Assembly: GCA_964373045.1 (NCBI GenBank)
Contig: CAYJSI010000003.1
Span: forward strand, 9,030-73,029
Reading direction: 5' to 3'
DNA from: an uncultured bacterium
Lineage (GTDB): Bacteria; Omnitrophota; Omnitrophia; Omnitrophales; Aquincolibacteriaceae
Length of the DNA stretch: 64,000 bases
Part shown: in pieces, positions 34,050 through 46,447 of the stretch
Position numbering within the stretch: position 1 is the stretch's first letter
Layout of the letters: each line of letters opens with the position of its first letter
The notes under the pieces: generated by a model
Seen by the model: only the letters and a program-made list of their open reading frames with translations
Told to the model about the DNA's origin: nothing
Database searches by the model: none
Position numbers and translations under genes: made by a program

Positions 34050-35422
34050 TGAATCAGGGGCAAAAAGTTAAGTTTATTACGCTGGGTTGTAAGGTGAACC
34101 AGTATGAAACTCAGGGCATGCGGGAAATCCTTGCCCGCGAAGGAGTGACGACCTTAGAAGAGGCCTCTCACGCGCTTTCCCATCCTCCCAAGGTTGATTT
34201 TGTGGTCATTAATACGTGTACGGTGACAGAAGATGCCGACCGGACCAATCGCTACTGGATCCGTCGCGCGAAGCGTGACTACCCAAGTGCCCGGATTGTG
34301 GTCACAGGGTGCTGGGTGGGAAAAGATCGCGCCACGATTGCGGCCATCCCTGAGGTGGATCTTGTGCTTGCCAATGAAGAAAAGGCCGACATCGCAAACC
34401 GTCTCGTCGTAGGCTGCGCCAACCCCGCCGTTCAGGATGAAGATGATCCGCCGAGGCGCGTCAGCCGCCGCAATTTTTATACCCCCCTTTCGATTTCGCG
34501 CACTTCGGGCCGCGGCCGCGCCTTCGTTAAAATTCAGGATGGCTGTAATCACGCCTGTTCTTTTTGCAAAGTGGTGCTGGTTCGCGGCCGCTCAAGGAGC
34601 CGCGCCTTTCAGGAGGTGCTTGAAGAGGTGAAACGTTTAAGGGATGCGGGCTACCGCGAAGTGGTTTTTGCCGGCATTCAGCTCGGGGCTTATGGTTTGG
34701 ATTTTGAAAAAAAAACAGAGCCGGGGGAATGGCTCGCCCAGCTTTTGGAATCATCTTCTGAGATTGCGGGCATTGACCGCCTGCGTCTCAGTTCCATTGA
34801 ACCCACCGACGTGCGTCCCGTCTTAATCGATGCCCTGCGCGACATTCCAAAGGTGTGTCACCATCTTCATATTCCCCTTCAAAGTGGCGATGACGAAATC
34901 TTGAAGCGGATGAACCGCCGCTATGCTCGCTCCTTTTATCTGGATCTTGTGGCCCGTCTTAAAGGAGAGCTTTCTGATTTTTCGCTGACGCTCGATGTCA
35001 TGGCCGGGTTTCCAGGAGAAGGGGAAGGGCACTTCCAAAATACGATGGACCTTCTTGAACAGGTCAAGCCCTTAAAATGCCATGTTTTTCCTTACTCTCG
35101 AAGGGAGGGTACCCGGGCCGCTTCCTTTGAGGAAGTCCCGCCTGAATTCGCCCGACGTCGGGTGAATTCACTTATTGAGCTCGGGGATCGAATAGGCCGT
35201 GACATTCGACTCTCTTATCAGGGGCGAGCTTTTTCAGTTTTGGTGGAAGAGGTTAAAAAAGACACTGATCATGCTCTGAGAGGCTCGTGTCTGCTTAAAG
35301 GATTGACTTCCCATTATCTTAAAGTATGCTTCGAGGGAAAATCCGAATGGGTGGGCGAGATCATCCCTGTGAAGTTACTTAGCTTGCAGGGCGACACCTT
35401 TTTAGGTGAGGTTTTAAGGTAA
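34046..35422 (+). CDS. Radical-SAM tRNA methylthiotransferase (MtaB/MiaB family)
   Basis: N-terminal MTTase domain FITLGCKVNQYETQGM. CNHACSFC radical-SAM cysteines. C-terminal TRAM-like region. Confidence 0.8.
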   Translation: MMNQGQKVKFITLGCKVNQYETQGMREILAREGVTTLEEASHALSHPPKVDFVVINTCTVTEDADRTNRYWIRRAKRDYPSARIVVTGCWVGKDRATIAAIPEVDLVLANEEKADIANRLVVGCANPAVQDEDDPPRRVSRRNFYTPLSISRTSGRGRAFVKIQDGCNHACSFCKVVLVRGRSRSRAFQEVLEEVKRLRDAGYREVVFAGIQLGAYGLDFEKKTEPGEWLAQLLESSSEIAGIDRLRLSSIEPTDVRPVLIDALRDIPKVCHHLHIPLQSGDDEILKRMNRRYARSFYLDLVARLKGELSDFSLTLDVMAGFPGEGEGHFQNTMDLLEQVKPLKCHVFPYSRREGTRAASFEEVPPEFARRRVNSLIELGDRIGRDIRLSYQGRAFSVLVEEVKKDTDHALRGSCLLKGLTSHYLKVCFEGKSEWVGEIIPVKLLSLQGDTFLGEVLR

Positions 35423-35427
35423 ATTTT

Positions 35428-36003
35428 ATGGATTGGCTTTTCGGCTGGTTCGGAGGATTATTCGAAAGTCTTGTTTGGAAGACTTTTATCTCTCACTTCA
35501 TCTGGATCGATTGGGTGACCTTTCTCCTATTTGTCATCGGGGTCATTTACGGCGCCAAGAGAGGATTGATGCGTGAAGTGGCGGAGATCCTCGAAGTCAT
35601 TTTGGTAACATGCCTTGTCTTAGAATATTTTCCCACCGTTGGCAACTCGCTGCTTTCTCTTTTTTCGAAAGCCCCGCGATTTATTCCGGATCTTACGGCC
35701 TACCTTTTGACCACGCTCGTTTTTGGTGTCATTATGATTTTAATTGATCAGCGGACTCAAAAATGGGCCAAGGTGCAAATGATTAAGCCCTTAAGGCTTC
35801 TCGGGGGAGCCCTTTTGGGCGGTTTTCATTTTCTTCTCCTCTGGAGTTTTATTTCACAGCCCCTTTCCTTACTTCCGCTCGCCGTCATTCAAAGCGTCTA
35901 TGAACGCGGCAGTTCCTATTCTGGCCGTCCCATTTTGGGCCTAGCCCCTTCGGTGCACGGATGGGTTGCGGATTCGATCCGGGGACTTGCCGGAGGAAGG
36001 TAA
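35428..36003 (+). CDS. cvpA: CvpA-family membrane protein
   Basis: IDWVTFLLFVIGVIYGAKRGLMREVAEILEVIL at the N-terminus. Four TM helices. Confidence 0.7.
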   Translation: MDWLFGWFGGLFESLVWKTFISHFIWIDWVTFLLFVIGVIYGAKRGLMREVAEILEVILVTCLVLEYFPTVGNSLLSLFSKAPRFIPDLTAYLLTTLVFGVIMILIDQRTQKWAKVQMIKPLRLLGGALLGGFHFLLLWSFISQPLSLLPLAVIQSVYERGSSYSGRPILGLAPSVHGWVADSIRGLAGGR

Positions 36004-36015
36004 TCCTTTCACACG

Positions 36016-37788
36016 ATGCGATTTGACGAACGAGTCATTGATCAGGTTCAAGCCGCCAACGATATCGTTGAAGTGATCGGTCAGTTCATTCCGCTTAAGC
36101 GCTCGGGCCGCAACCTCAAGGCCTGCTGCCCTTTTCATCAGGAAAAAACCCCCTCGTTCATGGTTCAGCCGGAAAAGCAAATTTTTCATTGCTTCGGCTG
36201 CGGCGTGGGCGGCAATGTTTTTAGTTTCCTCATGCGCTATGAAAATTCAAATTTTCCCGAGGCGCTGCGGCGTCTCGCAGAGCGTGCCCACATCCAACTC
36301 CCCGAACCGAAGGCCCGTCAAGGGGAGGGGCCGAGTGAAAACGATCAGCTTTACCAGGTCTATCAATGGGCGGCGGAGTATTATCATCAATTTTTTCTCG
36401 ATCCGGTTCAGGGTGAAAACGCAAGGACCTATTTTGAAAAGCGCGGTTTTGATTTGGAAATCGCAAAGGAATTTAAAATTGGCTGGGCGCCCGACGCCTG
36501 GCGAGGGCTGTTTGAGTTTTTAAGCAAGAAAGGTTTCACAGAGAAAGTTTTACTGAAGTCATCCCTGATTCATCGTTCTCCAAAGGGTTCCTGTTACGAC
36601 ATTTTTCGCGGCCGCCTGCTTTTTCCCATCCGTAATCTCCAAGGCAAGATCGTGGCCTTTGGCGGACGATTGCTCGGGGAGGGGGAAGGTCCGAAATATT
36701 TAAACTCTCCCGAAAATCCAATTTTCTATAAGCGCCGCGAACTCTTCGGCTTGGACCTCGCTAAGAAATTTATTGACCGTGATCATCCGCGGCTTCTTGT
36801 GGTGGAAGGATATTTCGATTTCTTGCGCCTCTTTGGTGGAGGGTTCAAAACCACCGTGGCCACGCTCGGGACATCGCTGACCGATGAGCACGTTCAATTG
36901 CTTAAGCGTTTTGCGGAAGAGGCGATCGTTGTCTATGACGGCGACAAAGCGGGAGAGGCGGCTTCACTTCGGGGGCTTGAAGTCTTTCTTGAGGGCGGGA
37001 TGAGCGTTAAAATCGCGCGCGTCCCGACCGGATTTGATCCCGATGATTTTCTCCATAAGGAAGGAGCGGGTGCCTTTCAAAAAATAGTGGACGAGGCACA
37101 TGATTTTTTCGACTACAAACTTGAAATTATGCTGAGCCGCTTCAATCTTCATGATTCCCTTGGCCTCATGCGCATCACGAACGAATTCCTTGAAACCTTT
37201 GCCAAGGTCAAAAGTCCAATCTTGCTGGATCGTTATCTTAAACGGCTTGCGGGCTCGCTCGGCGTCGAGGAGAGGTCGCTTCGAACCGAGCTTTCCAAAC
37301 TTCAAAAGAAGATCCAAGGCCTTGAGCGGGAGAGCAAGACCAAAAGTTCCGTTAAATCGACCGCCGGAAGTGAGGCCCCTGAAGAGGTTTTGCTTTTGGC
37401 GCTGATGCTTGAAGAGGCGTCCTTTCGGGAAGCCGCCTTCAGTCAGTTAGAAGATCAAGATTTTCATGCGCCGCCGCTTGCTTCTTTTTTCAGGATGCTG
37501 CTTGAGCTGGATCGGACAGGAGAAAAAATAAGCTGGCCCAAGATCATGAACCGCCTCCAGGATGAAGCGCTTAAGGAAAAGATCGTGACCTCCTTTTCTT
37601 TTGATTGGACGGCGGAGGCAAAGGCCAAGGCATTCCAGGACTGCCTTGGACATATCCAAAGGAGGCGGCGCGAGAAGCGGTTGATCGAGCTGCGTCAAAA
37701 TATTGCCAAGGCCGAGCACGATGGGGATGAGGTTCGTGTTGGAGGTTTTGTGCGCGAATATCAGAAGCTATTACGCGAAAATCACTGA
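36016..37788 (+). CDS. dnaG: DNA primase
   Basis: CHC2 zinc finger CCPFHQEKTPSFMV...FHCFGCG. TOPRIM EGYFD. Confidence 0.95.
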   Translation: MRFDERVIDQVQAANDIVEVIGQFIPLKRSGRNLKACCPFHQEKTPSFMVQPEKQIFHCFGCGVGGNVFSFLMRYENSNFPEALRRLAERAHIQLPEPKARQGEGPSENDQLYQVYQWAAEYYHQFFLDPVQGENARTYFEKRGFDLEIAKEFKIGWAPDAWRGLFEFLSKKGFTEKVLLKSSLIHRSPKGSCYDIFRGRLLFPIRNLQGKIVAFGGRLLGEGEGPKYLNSPENPIFYKRRELFGLDLAKKFIDRDHPRLLVVEGYFDFLRLFGGGFKTTVATLGTSLTDEHVQLLKRFAEEAIVVYDGDKAGEAASLRGLEVFLEGGMSVKIARVPTGFDPDDFLHKEGAGAFQKIVDEAHDFFDYKLEIMLSRFNLHDSLGLMRITNEFLETFAKVKSPILLDRYLKRLAGSLGVEERSLRTELSKLQKKIQGLERESKTKSSVKSTAGSEAPEEVLLLALMLEEASFREAAFSQLEDQDFHAPPLASFFRMLLELDRTGEKISWPKIMNRLQDEALKEKIVTSFSFDWTAEAKAKAFQDCLGHIQRRRREKRLIELRQNIAKAEHDGDEVRVGGFVREYQKLLRENH

Positions 37789-37946
37789 TCGAAATTAACG
37801 TATCTATCGATATACAAATAAGTTACAGTATGATCGTAAGTTTCCTACCAACCAAGCTGGTTTCCCCCCATCCCCCTTTTCACTGGCAAGAAAGTTCGAA
37901 ATCGATATAATACCTAACTTTCTCTCAATCACCCGAGGAGAACCCT

Positions 37947-39626
37947 TTGATCACGCAGAAGAATAAAAATTCCCGTCCCACGCCCTCTGAACGCACCGCC
38001 CCCAAAAAGTCCGCCAAAGAAACTTCCTCAAAGCTAGGACCGAATATTTCCCAAGCCCTTGAAAAACTTCAATCCCTTGGCCAAAAAAGGGGTTATGTCA
38101 CCTACAAGGAAATCAATGAACTTCTTCCGCCCAACGTAACGCCCGCGGAAAAAATCGAAGAGGTCATCCTTGCCTTAAGTGAGAAGAATATCGAGATCTC
38201 TACTTCCACCGGAAACAAGATTGCGGGAGAGCCAACACTTCCTCCTAAAGATATTATCGAAGACGTCAAGGATGTAGACGCGAAACAGGAGAAGGCGGAA
38301 GAGGAAGAAGCGGGAGCGATTGAGGAATATGGACGCTCCCGGATGGATGATCCCGTTCGGATGTATCTTCGCCAAATGGGACAAATCTCGCTTCTAACCC
38401 GCGAACAAGAAATCGCCCTGGCTAAAAGAATCGAGGATTCGGAGGAGGATTTGATGCGGGCCGTCTACGAAACCCACGCCGCCCGCTTTGAGGTGCTCGA
38501 ACTTGCCCGAAAAATTTTGGCCGGAGAGGTGAATCTCGAGTCCATCATCGATGAAAATGATGAAGCAAAACTTCTTATCATCAAGCGCAAACTCAAAACA
38601 CTCATTCGCCGTCTCCGGGCCTCCAAGAAGAATGCCGATTTGGTCGGCCTTTTAATGGAATTTAAACTGAACGTCGCCATCGTGGAGCAGATTGTTACGG
38701 ATCTTCGCGCGAAACTTGTGGAGCTGAAAACCAATCGTGAAGGCATTGAGAAGCTCAGGCGGAAAGGGGTACGCGGGAAAATCGGTGAACTGGAAGAGAG
38801 GAACCGTCAGATTGCCCAAGAGCTTGGAGAGGCTGAGAAAAAGGTTTACGAGCGTTTTAAGCTCATTCACAAAAGAGAACGGGAGCTTTCGCGGGCCAAG
38901 AAGTATTTGGTAGCGGCCAACCTTCGTCTCGTGGTGAGCATCGCAAAAAAATATACGAACCGCGGACTTTCGTTCCTGGATCTCATCCAAGAAGGCAACA
39001 TTGGTTTGATGAAGGCGGTCGATAAGTTTGAATACAAGCGCGGTTATAAATTCTCAACCTATGCGACCTGGTGGATCCGTCAGGCCATTACCCGTTCGAT
39101 TGCAGATCAAGCGCGCACAATTCGAATTCCTGTCCACATGATCGAAACAATCAATAAGTTTTTCAGGGCCTCTCGTCATCTTGTTCAAGAAACAGGCCGT
39201 GAACCCACCCCGGAAGAAGTGGCCCAGGTCATGAAGATGCCGGTGGAAAAAGTCAAAGGCATCCTCAAGATCGCCCAGGAGCCCATCAGCCTGCAAACAC
39301 CGATTGGGGATGAAGGGGATACAAGTTTTGGCGATTTCATCGAGGATAAGTCGGCGGTGTCGCCTGCCAATGCGACGGCCTATAGCATGCTCAAAGAGCA
39401 GATGGATGACGTCCTTCTGACGCTCACGGAGCGTGAAGAAAAAGTTCTGCGATTGCGGTTTGGAATCGGGGATGGCTATCCCCGAACGTTGGAAGAGGTT
39501 GGGCAGATATTCAATGTGACCCGCGAGCGTGTGCGTCAGATTGAGGCCAAGGCGTTGCGAAAGCTCCGTCACCCGACGCGTTCCCGCAAGCTCAAAAACT
39601 TTCTGGATATCAAGCTAAGCGACTAA
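37947..39626 (+). CDS. rpoD: RNA polymerase primary sigma factor (sigma-70)
   Basis: Regions 2.x ([37 protein letters not shown]) and 4.2 ([30 protein letters not shown]). TTG start with GAGGAG RBS. Confidence 0.95.
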   Translation: MITQKNKNSRPTPSERTAPKKSAKETSSKLGPNISQALEKLQSLGQKRGYVTYKEINELLPPNVTPAEKIEEVILALSEKNIEISTSTGNKIAGEPTLPPKDIIEDVKDVDAKQEKAEEEEAGAIEEYGRSRMDDPVRMYLRQMGQISLLTREQEIALAKRIEDSEEDLMRAVYETHAARFEVLELARKILAGEVNLESIIDENDEAKLLIIKRKLKTLIRRLRASKKNADLVGLLMEFKLNVAIVEQIVTDLRAKLVELKTNREGIEKLRRKGVRGKIGELEERNRQIAQELGEAEKKVYERFKLIHKRERELSRAKKYLVAANLRLVVSIAKKYTNRGLSFLDLIQEGNIGLMKAVDKFEYKRGYKFSTYATWWIRQAITRSIADQARTIRIPVHMIETINKFFRASRHLVQETGREPTPEEVAQVMKMPVEKVKGILKIAQEPISLQTPIGDEGDTSFGDFIEDKSAVSPANATAYSMLKEQMDDVLLTLTEREEKVLRLRFGIGDGYPRTLEEVGQIFNVTRERVRQIEAKALRKLRHPTRSRKLKNFLDIKLSD

Positions 39627-39689
39627 ACCTGCCGGCCAAAGCCTTCCTTGACGCGTTTGGAAATCTGAGGGCTCGATCCCTACACCTTG

Positions 39690-39763
39690 GGGCCCGTAGC
39701 TCAGTGGTAGAGCAGGCGACTCATAATCGCTTGGTCGCACGTTCGATCCGTGCCGGGCCCACC
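39690..39763 (+). tRNA. tRNA-Met (anticodon CAU; elongator-type, but tRNA-Ile2/lysidine cannot be excluded)
   Basis: Manual cloverleaf. 7-bp acceptor GGGCCCG/CGGGCCC with a paired 1:72. D-arm GCTC-AGTGGTA-GAGC. Anticodon loop CTCATAA. T-arm GCACG-TTCGATC-CGTGC. Discriminator A. CC partly encoded. Confidence 0.9.
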
Positions 39764-39946
39764 CTGTAGGTTTCCGGAGCCGAAAAAATGGTTAAACCTT
39801 AAACGCCTTTTTGCCGATCCGGTAGGGATGAGTGGCGACCCACAGTAAGCGGTAGAAGGGAAACTAAATTGTCGCTACAAGACAAAAGTGTTGTCGGGAT
39901 GCCCCAGCATTCACCTGGCGCCTCTCGAGAAAGATAAAAATAAATA

Positions 39947-39975
39947 TTGGCATAAGAGTTGTCTATCGTTATAAT
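39947..39975 (+). promoter_or_regulatory. Candidate strong sigma70 promoter TTGGCA-17-TATAAT upstream of the porin-like gene
   Basis: TTGGCA 39947-39952, 17-nt spacer, TATAAT 39970-39975. Confidence 0.45.
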
Positions 39976-40077
39976 ACCCCGCAGTTTGAGGAAGTCATCT
40001 CAAGCTGAGGTTACACTGAATCATTTTTATAACACGGTCATTTAAAACAAGTCATTTATTTAAGGGAGGAATCGGAG

Positions 40078-41415
40078 ATGAAAAAACAAATGGGAACGGT
40101 CGTTGGGTTAGTCTTTGTGATAGCTCTTTCACTGAGCGGTGCTGCTTGGGCCGATGAAAATGAAGTCGTGGCCTTGAAGGGGCAGGTCCAGGATTTGAAT
40201 GGGAAGCTCGAATCGCTTGAAAATCTTGTCCGCTCTCTTCAAAGCAGGGAATCAGCTCCAACCTATGTTGCCCCCACTCCCAGCGGAGACGGCGGCTTTC
40301 TTCGCGCGGCTCAGGATATTCAGGTGAGCGGGTACATTGATACCCAGTACAGCATGGCCCTGAGTGATGGAACCGATCATCGTACAGCGGCCGGCCTACA
40401 GCTTGGCGCAACCAATCCCAGCCGTACTTTCGATACCGATCAAGATTCCTTCTCTGTGAATGCCGTTGAAATCGATTTTGAGAAGGCGGCCAATCCGGAA
40501 GGCGGCGCAGGTTTTCGCTTCGACATCCAATACGGCGAAGATGCTGAGGTGGTTGATTTTGATGCCACGACTGCGGGGGCAGGCGGGACGCAGGACGAGC
40601 TTCATCTTCAACAGGCTTATGTGGAGTACGTGCAGCCTCTCAGCGGCTGGGAAGGCAACACTATCCTGCCAAGCTCGATCAACATTAAAGCCGGTCGTTT
40701 TGTGACTTTAGCCGGGGCGGAAGTCATCGAGGCGAGAGACAATTGGAACCTTTCGCGTTCCTTTGCCTTTGGTCTTGCCATTCCTTTCACCCACACGGGC
40801 TTGCGTACCAATTTTAAGATGTGGAATGATTTCTTTGATGTCTATCTTGGCGTTAATAACGGATGGGATGTGTCTGTTGACAACAACGCCGGAAAGACGG
40901 CCGAGTTAGGTCTTGGGTACAGCCTAGCGAACAGCGTTAACGTGTTCCATTCCATCTATTTTGGCCCTGAACGTAATAATCAAGTCGGCCATAAGCGATT
41001 CTTGCTTGGCAACGTCGTGAGCTATGATGTGAGCGACAAATTAGCCGTTAAAGGAGAAATCAACTACGGCAACGAAAGGCGCGTGGGCTCGGTGGCGCCC
41101 CCCACGGCGGCTCCGTTCGCGGAAGGTCTAATGGAAAATGCCAACTGGTCCAGCTATACGGGATACGCCCGTTACCAATTCACGGATAAGTTTGCGTTTG
41201 CTTATCGTCTTGGGCTCTTTAGGCAGGCGGAGCTTACCCGCACCGTGCTCGACACGACGCTCTTTGAGCAAACCTACACGGCAGAATATCTGCTGGGCAG
41301 TAATCTCACAGGTCGCCTTGAATACCGCTGGGATAAATCCAATAATACGCAGGCCTTTGATACGGATAGCAATCAGCAAACGTTGGGCGCGCAGTTGATT
41401 TATAGCTTCGCCTAA
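40078..41415 (+). CDS. Putative outer-membrane beta-barrel porin with an N-terminal periplasmic coiled coil
   Basis: Signal peptide MKKQMGTVVGLVFVIALSLSGAAWA. 50-aa coiled coil. Then alternating hydrophobic/aromatic beta-strand pattern to the C-terminal ..QLIYSFA. Confidence 0.55.
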   Translation: MKKQMGTVVGLVFVIALSLSGAAWADENEVVALKGQVQDLNGKLESLENLVRSLQSRESAPTYVAPTPSGDGGFLRAAQDIQVSGYIDTQYSMALSDGTDHRTAAGLQLGATNPSRTFDTDQDSFSVNAVEIDFEKAANPEGGAGFRFDIQYGEDAEVVDFDATTAGAGGTQDELHLQQAYVEYVQPLSGWEGNTILPSSINIKAGRFVTLAGAEVIEARDNWNLSRSFAFGLAIPFTHTGLRTNFKMWNDFFDVYLGVNNGWDVSVDNNAGKTAELGLGYSLANSVNVFHSIYFGPERNNQVGHKRFLLGNVVSYDVSDKLAVKGEINYGNERRVGSVAPPTAAPFAEGLMENANWSSYTGYARYQFTDKFAFAYRLGLFRQAELTRTVLDTTLFEQTYTAEYLLGSNLTGRLEYRWDKSNNTQAFDTDSNQQTLGAQLIYSFA

Positions 41416-41443
41416 TCTCCATAGTCAAATATAGTTCTAACAC

Positions 41444-41481
41444 AACCCCGATCTCAAAAGCTGAGATCGGGGTTGTTTTTT
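41444..41481 (+). terminator. Rho-independent terminator
   Basis: Perfect 13-bp stem aaccccgatctca/tgagatcggggtt, 5-nt loop, then GTTTTTT. Confidence 0.75.
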
Positions 41482-41482
41482 C

Positions 41483-41511
41483 TTGACACGCCCCACTCCC
41501 AAAAATAGACT
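41483..41511 (+). promoter_or_regulatory. Candidate sigma70 promoter TTGACA-17-TAGACT
   Basis: TTGACA 41483-41488, 17-nt spacer, TAGACT 41506-41511. Upstream of the lipoprotein gene. Confidence 0.3.
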
Positions 41512-41577
41512 GAAATCCGTTTGGGCCGGAATGTTTATAGCGGGACTCATGACCCATAAATCCTTAGAGTACCCTTC

Positions 41578-41934
41578 ATGAAAACAATAGTACTTTTACT
41601 GGTTTTGGCGGCGGGATTCCTAGGGACTTCTTGTGCGAAGAATCCCGAGGCCTTTTATTTTGGGCCTTATTCTGAAGCAGAGCAGCTCTATAACAAGGAG
41701 GAGTACGCAAAGGCCATCGAAAAGTATCAGGCCTATTCGGATGAAAATCCCGAGGGCAATCTTTCCGTGATCTCTCAGTACTACATTGCAAAAAGTTACC
41801 GGGCCCTTGGACAAGCCGACCAGGCCAAAGATTTGTTTCAAAAGATTATGAGTCAGCACCCTGATTTAGTGTGGGCTCATTTCGCCGAGTCACAGCTTAA
41901 GGAAATGGGCGAGGGGTCGGCGGAAAAAAAGTAG
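41578..41934 (+). CDS. Small lipoprotein with TPR-like helical repeats
   Basis: Signal peptide ending LGTSC (non-canonical lipobox). Pairs of amphipathic helices rich in Y/A/K (EAEQLYNKEEYAKAIEKYQAY; AKSYRALGQADQAKDLFQKI). Confidence 0.5.
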   Translation: MKTIVLLLVLAAGFLGTSCAKNPEAFYFGPYSEAEQLYNKEEYAKAIEKYQAYSDENPEGNLSVISQYYIAKSYRALGQADQAKDLFQKIMSQHPDLVWAHFAESQLKEMGEGSAEKK

Positions 41935-41957
41935 GAATCATTTTTTTGTTCTTTGAA

Positions 41958-42344
41958 TGGGATCTTCTTGGATGATCGCTCTGCATAATGTCGGCGGGCC
42001 TGCCTGCCGCAGGCAGGGAGGAAAGTCCGAGCTTCACAGGCAGCGTAGTGGGTAACACCCATCTCCGCCATGCAACCGACGGCGGACGGATTAGAGCCAC
42101 AGAGACGAGTCCAAGGCGAGCTAACTTCTCGCCCTTGGGGTGAAACGCGGCAATCTCTACGTGAAGAAAGGCTAAATAGGGTGAAGGGCCCTTCGGGGCG
42201 AGAGCGCCTGCTCTCTTTTCGTGCAAACGATTCCTTCATCGGGTCAGCCGCAAGCGGCATCGGGTAACCGATGTCCCAGATAGATGATCATCACCCCGCT
42301 CTTAAAAGGCGGGGGACAGAACTCGGCTTATAGAGAAGATCCCC
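41958..42344 (+). ncRNA. rnpB: RNase P RNA, bacterial type A
   Basis: P1 pairing GGGATCTTCT (41958-41967) with AGAAGATCCC (42334-42343). P4 strands GGGAGGAAAGTCCGAGCTTCACAGG and ACAGAACTCGGCTTAT. GTGGGTAACACCCATCTCC and GGGTGAAGGG conserved blocks. Length ~387 nt. Confidence 0.85.
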
Positions 42345-42473
42345 TTCAAAGACATTTTTCATTTGACAGAATCCCGCCTGTCGGATACACTTCTCACACT
42401 TTTGTACAGTTCATCCTTTTAAGTCGGTGCTGCGACATCGACAAGGGAGTCTTGATGAAACTAAAAAATCTAA

Positions 42474-44043
<1,570 letters not shown>

Positions 44044-44047
<4 letters not shown>

Positions 44048-45318
44048 ATCTTTTAATCCGGGGAGCGCTGCTGATTGATCCGAAGAATCGTCGCGAGGAA
44101 ATTTGTGATCTTCGCATCATGGAGGGACGAATCGCAGAGATGGGTAAGGGTCTTCAGAAGGGTTCAGAAGAAATCCTCGAGGCCAAGGGGGTGTGTCTTT
44201 TTCCCGGGCTTATCGATCTACATACCCACTTTCGCGAGCCTGGGTTTGAGGGCAAAGAAACCATTCTCACGGGGGCGCGCGCGGCTCTCAAAGGCGGATT
44301 CGTGGCTTCGGTTTCGATGCCGAACACAAATCCTCCCTGCGACAACCAGGGAATCATTGACATCATTATTCGAAAGTCGAAGGAAGTGCCTTACCACATC
44401 TTTCCGGCAGGGACGATCTCCAAGGGACGCGAGGGAAAAGAGCTCTCGGAGATGGCGGATCTAAAAAAAGTCGGCATTGTGGCCGTGACTGATGATGGGG
44501 ATTGGGTGGCCGATGCCCTTCTCATGCGTCGTGCCATGGAATATGCCTCCATGCTCGGGCTCATTGTGATGAGCCACTGCGAAGACAGGCGGCTTTCGGG
44601 GGGCGGGGTGATGAATGAAGGTTTGAGCTCCACCAAGCTCGGACTGGGGGGCATCCCGGGCACCAGTGAAGAAATCGCCGTGGCGCGTGACATCGAGCTG
44701 GCGCGTCTTACGGGCGCTCATCTTCACATCTGCCATGTCTCAACGGCGCGCTCTGTCGAGCTCATTCGAAGGGCGAAGGCCGAAAAAATTTTCGTGACGG
44801 CCGAAGTCACACCGCATCACCTCACGCTCCATGACGAAGCCGTCGAAGGCTACAACACCAACTATAAAATAAATCCACCGCTCCGTAGAGAAGAAGACGC
44901 TGGAGCCCTGCGGCAGGCCTTGAGAGAGGGGGTGATCGATTGCGTGGCCACGGATCACGCCCCGCACACCGATGAAGACAAAATGCTTGAGTTTGACGAT
45001 GCCCCCTTCGGGACCATCGGGCTTGAAACCGCGCTTGGTGTTATTTTGACGGAACTTCATCACAAAGAAAAATGGCCGCTTGCGGAAATTGTAAAAATAA
45101 TGTCAACGCGCCCGGCCGAGATTCTGGCTCTCGCGCAAGGATTCGGACAAATTGAAAAAGGGGCGGTGGCGAACCTCACCCTGGTGGACCCTCAAAAAGA
45201 ATGGACCGTGACGCAAAAAGAGCTCGAGTCAAAATCAAGAAACTCGTGCTTTATGAATCAAATCCTCAAGGGAAAAGTGGCGGCGACGATCTGCGCCGGA
45301 AAATTATGGAAATTCTAA
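44044..45318 (+). CDS. pyrC: Dihydroorotase
   Basis: Metal-binding [10 protein letters not shown]. Amidohydrolase fold motifs (VATDHAPH). Confidence 0.9.
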
Positions 45319-45319
45319 G

Positions 45320-46447
45320 ATGAAGGCCACCCTTGCGCTTGAAGACGGACTGGTTTTTGAAGGGGAGGGCTTTGGGGCCCAAGGGGAAATCTTTGGCGAA
45401 GTCGTTTTTAATACCTCGCTTACGGGTTACCAGGAAATCCTGACCGACCCGTCTTACAAAGGGCAGATCGTGGCCATGACCTATCCTCATATCGGCAATT
45501 ACGGGATCAATGCCGAAGACCGGGAGTCCCATCACCCCTGGGTGGAAGGCTTCGTCATTAAAGAATTAAGCCCGGTGGTGAGCAATCATCGATCCGAAGA
45601 AACGCTCGATGCTTACTTGAAGCGCCACGGCAAGATTGGGATTGAGGGCGTGGATACGCGAAAACTGGTGAAGCATCTCAGGGATCAGGGTGCGAAAAAA
45701 GGAATTCTTTCGACTCAAGAAAGCGACTCTAAGCGTCTTATCCAAAAGGCCAAGGATTCCGCCAGCATCGTGGGAATTGATCTCGTCAAAGACGTGACCT
45801 GCCAAAAGTCTTATGAATTTCGGGAAGCGATTCCCGCCGAGTTCGGGTGGGGGGAGCCCTCCAAGGCCGCCAAGCGAAGGAAAATTGTGGCACTCGATTG
45901 CGGCATCAAATTCAACATTCTGCGCAAACTCCACCAGCATGGTTTTGATGTCACGGTGGTTCCCGCTTTTACGGGTGCTAAGGAAATCTTAACGCTAACG
46001 CCAGATGGCGTCTTTCTCTCCAACGGTCCGGGAGACCCCGCCGCTGTCACTTATGTGGTTGAAACGGTGCGCCAATTGATCGGCCAAGTCCCCATCTTTG
46101 GTATTTGTCTCGGACACCAGATGCTCGGGCTTGCCCTCGGCGGGACGACTTCCAAACTCAAATTCGGCCACCGGGGCGGCAACCACCCCGTGATGGATCT
46201 TAAGACGAAAAAAATTGAGATCACCTCTCAAAATCACGGATTTGTTGTCGATCTTGAGTCCCTTTCCAAGGATGAAATTGAACTCACGCATATTAATTTA
46301 AATGACAAAACGCTCGAAGGCTTCAGGCACAAAAAATATCCCATTTTTTCCGTGCAGTATCACCCCGAAAACTCCCCCGGTCCCCATGACAGCGACTACC
46401 TCTTCAAGCGTTTTCATGAATTAATCGAGAAAGGAACGGATGCCTAA
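45320..46447 (+). CDS. carA: Carbamoyl-phosphate synthase small (glutaminase) subunit
   Basis: N-terminal [16 protein letters not shown]. GATase triad region [15 protein letters not shown]...YHPE. Confidence 0.93.
   Translation: MKATLALEDGLVFEGEGFGAQGEIFGEVVFNTSLTGYQEILTDPSYKGQIVAMTYPHIGNYGINAEDRESHHPWVEGFVIKELSPVVSNHRSEETLDAYLKRHGKIGIEGVDTRKLVKHLRDQGAKKGILSTQESDSKRLIQKAKDSASIVGIDLVKDVTCQKSYEFREAIPAEFGWGEPSKAAKRRKIVALDCGIKFNILRKLHQHGFDVTVVPAFTGAKEILTLTPDGVFLSNGPGDPAAVTYVVETVRQLIGQVPIFGICLGHQMLGLALGGTTSKLKFGHRGGNHPVMDLKTKKIEITSQNHGFVVDLESLSKDEIELTHINLNDKTLEGFRHKKYPIFSVQYHPENSPGPHDSDYLFKRFHELIEKGTDA

Noticed and set aside
37789-37946. sigma54-like TGGCA element and a TATAAT box between dnaG and rpoD
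   Set aside because: TGGCAA is not followed by TTGC at the required spacing, and the -35 for the TATAAT box is poor. Too weak to call a promoter.
39764-39946. Possible small ncRNA between tRNA-Met and the porin promoter
   Set aside because: It has some local pairing potential but no recognisable family features or terminator. Insufficient evidence.
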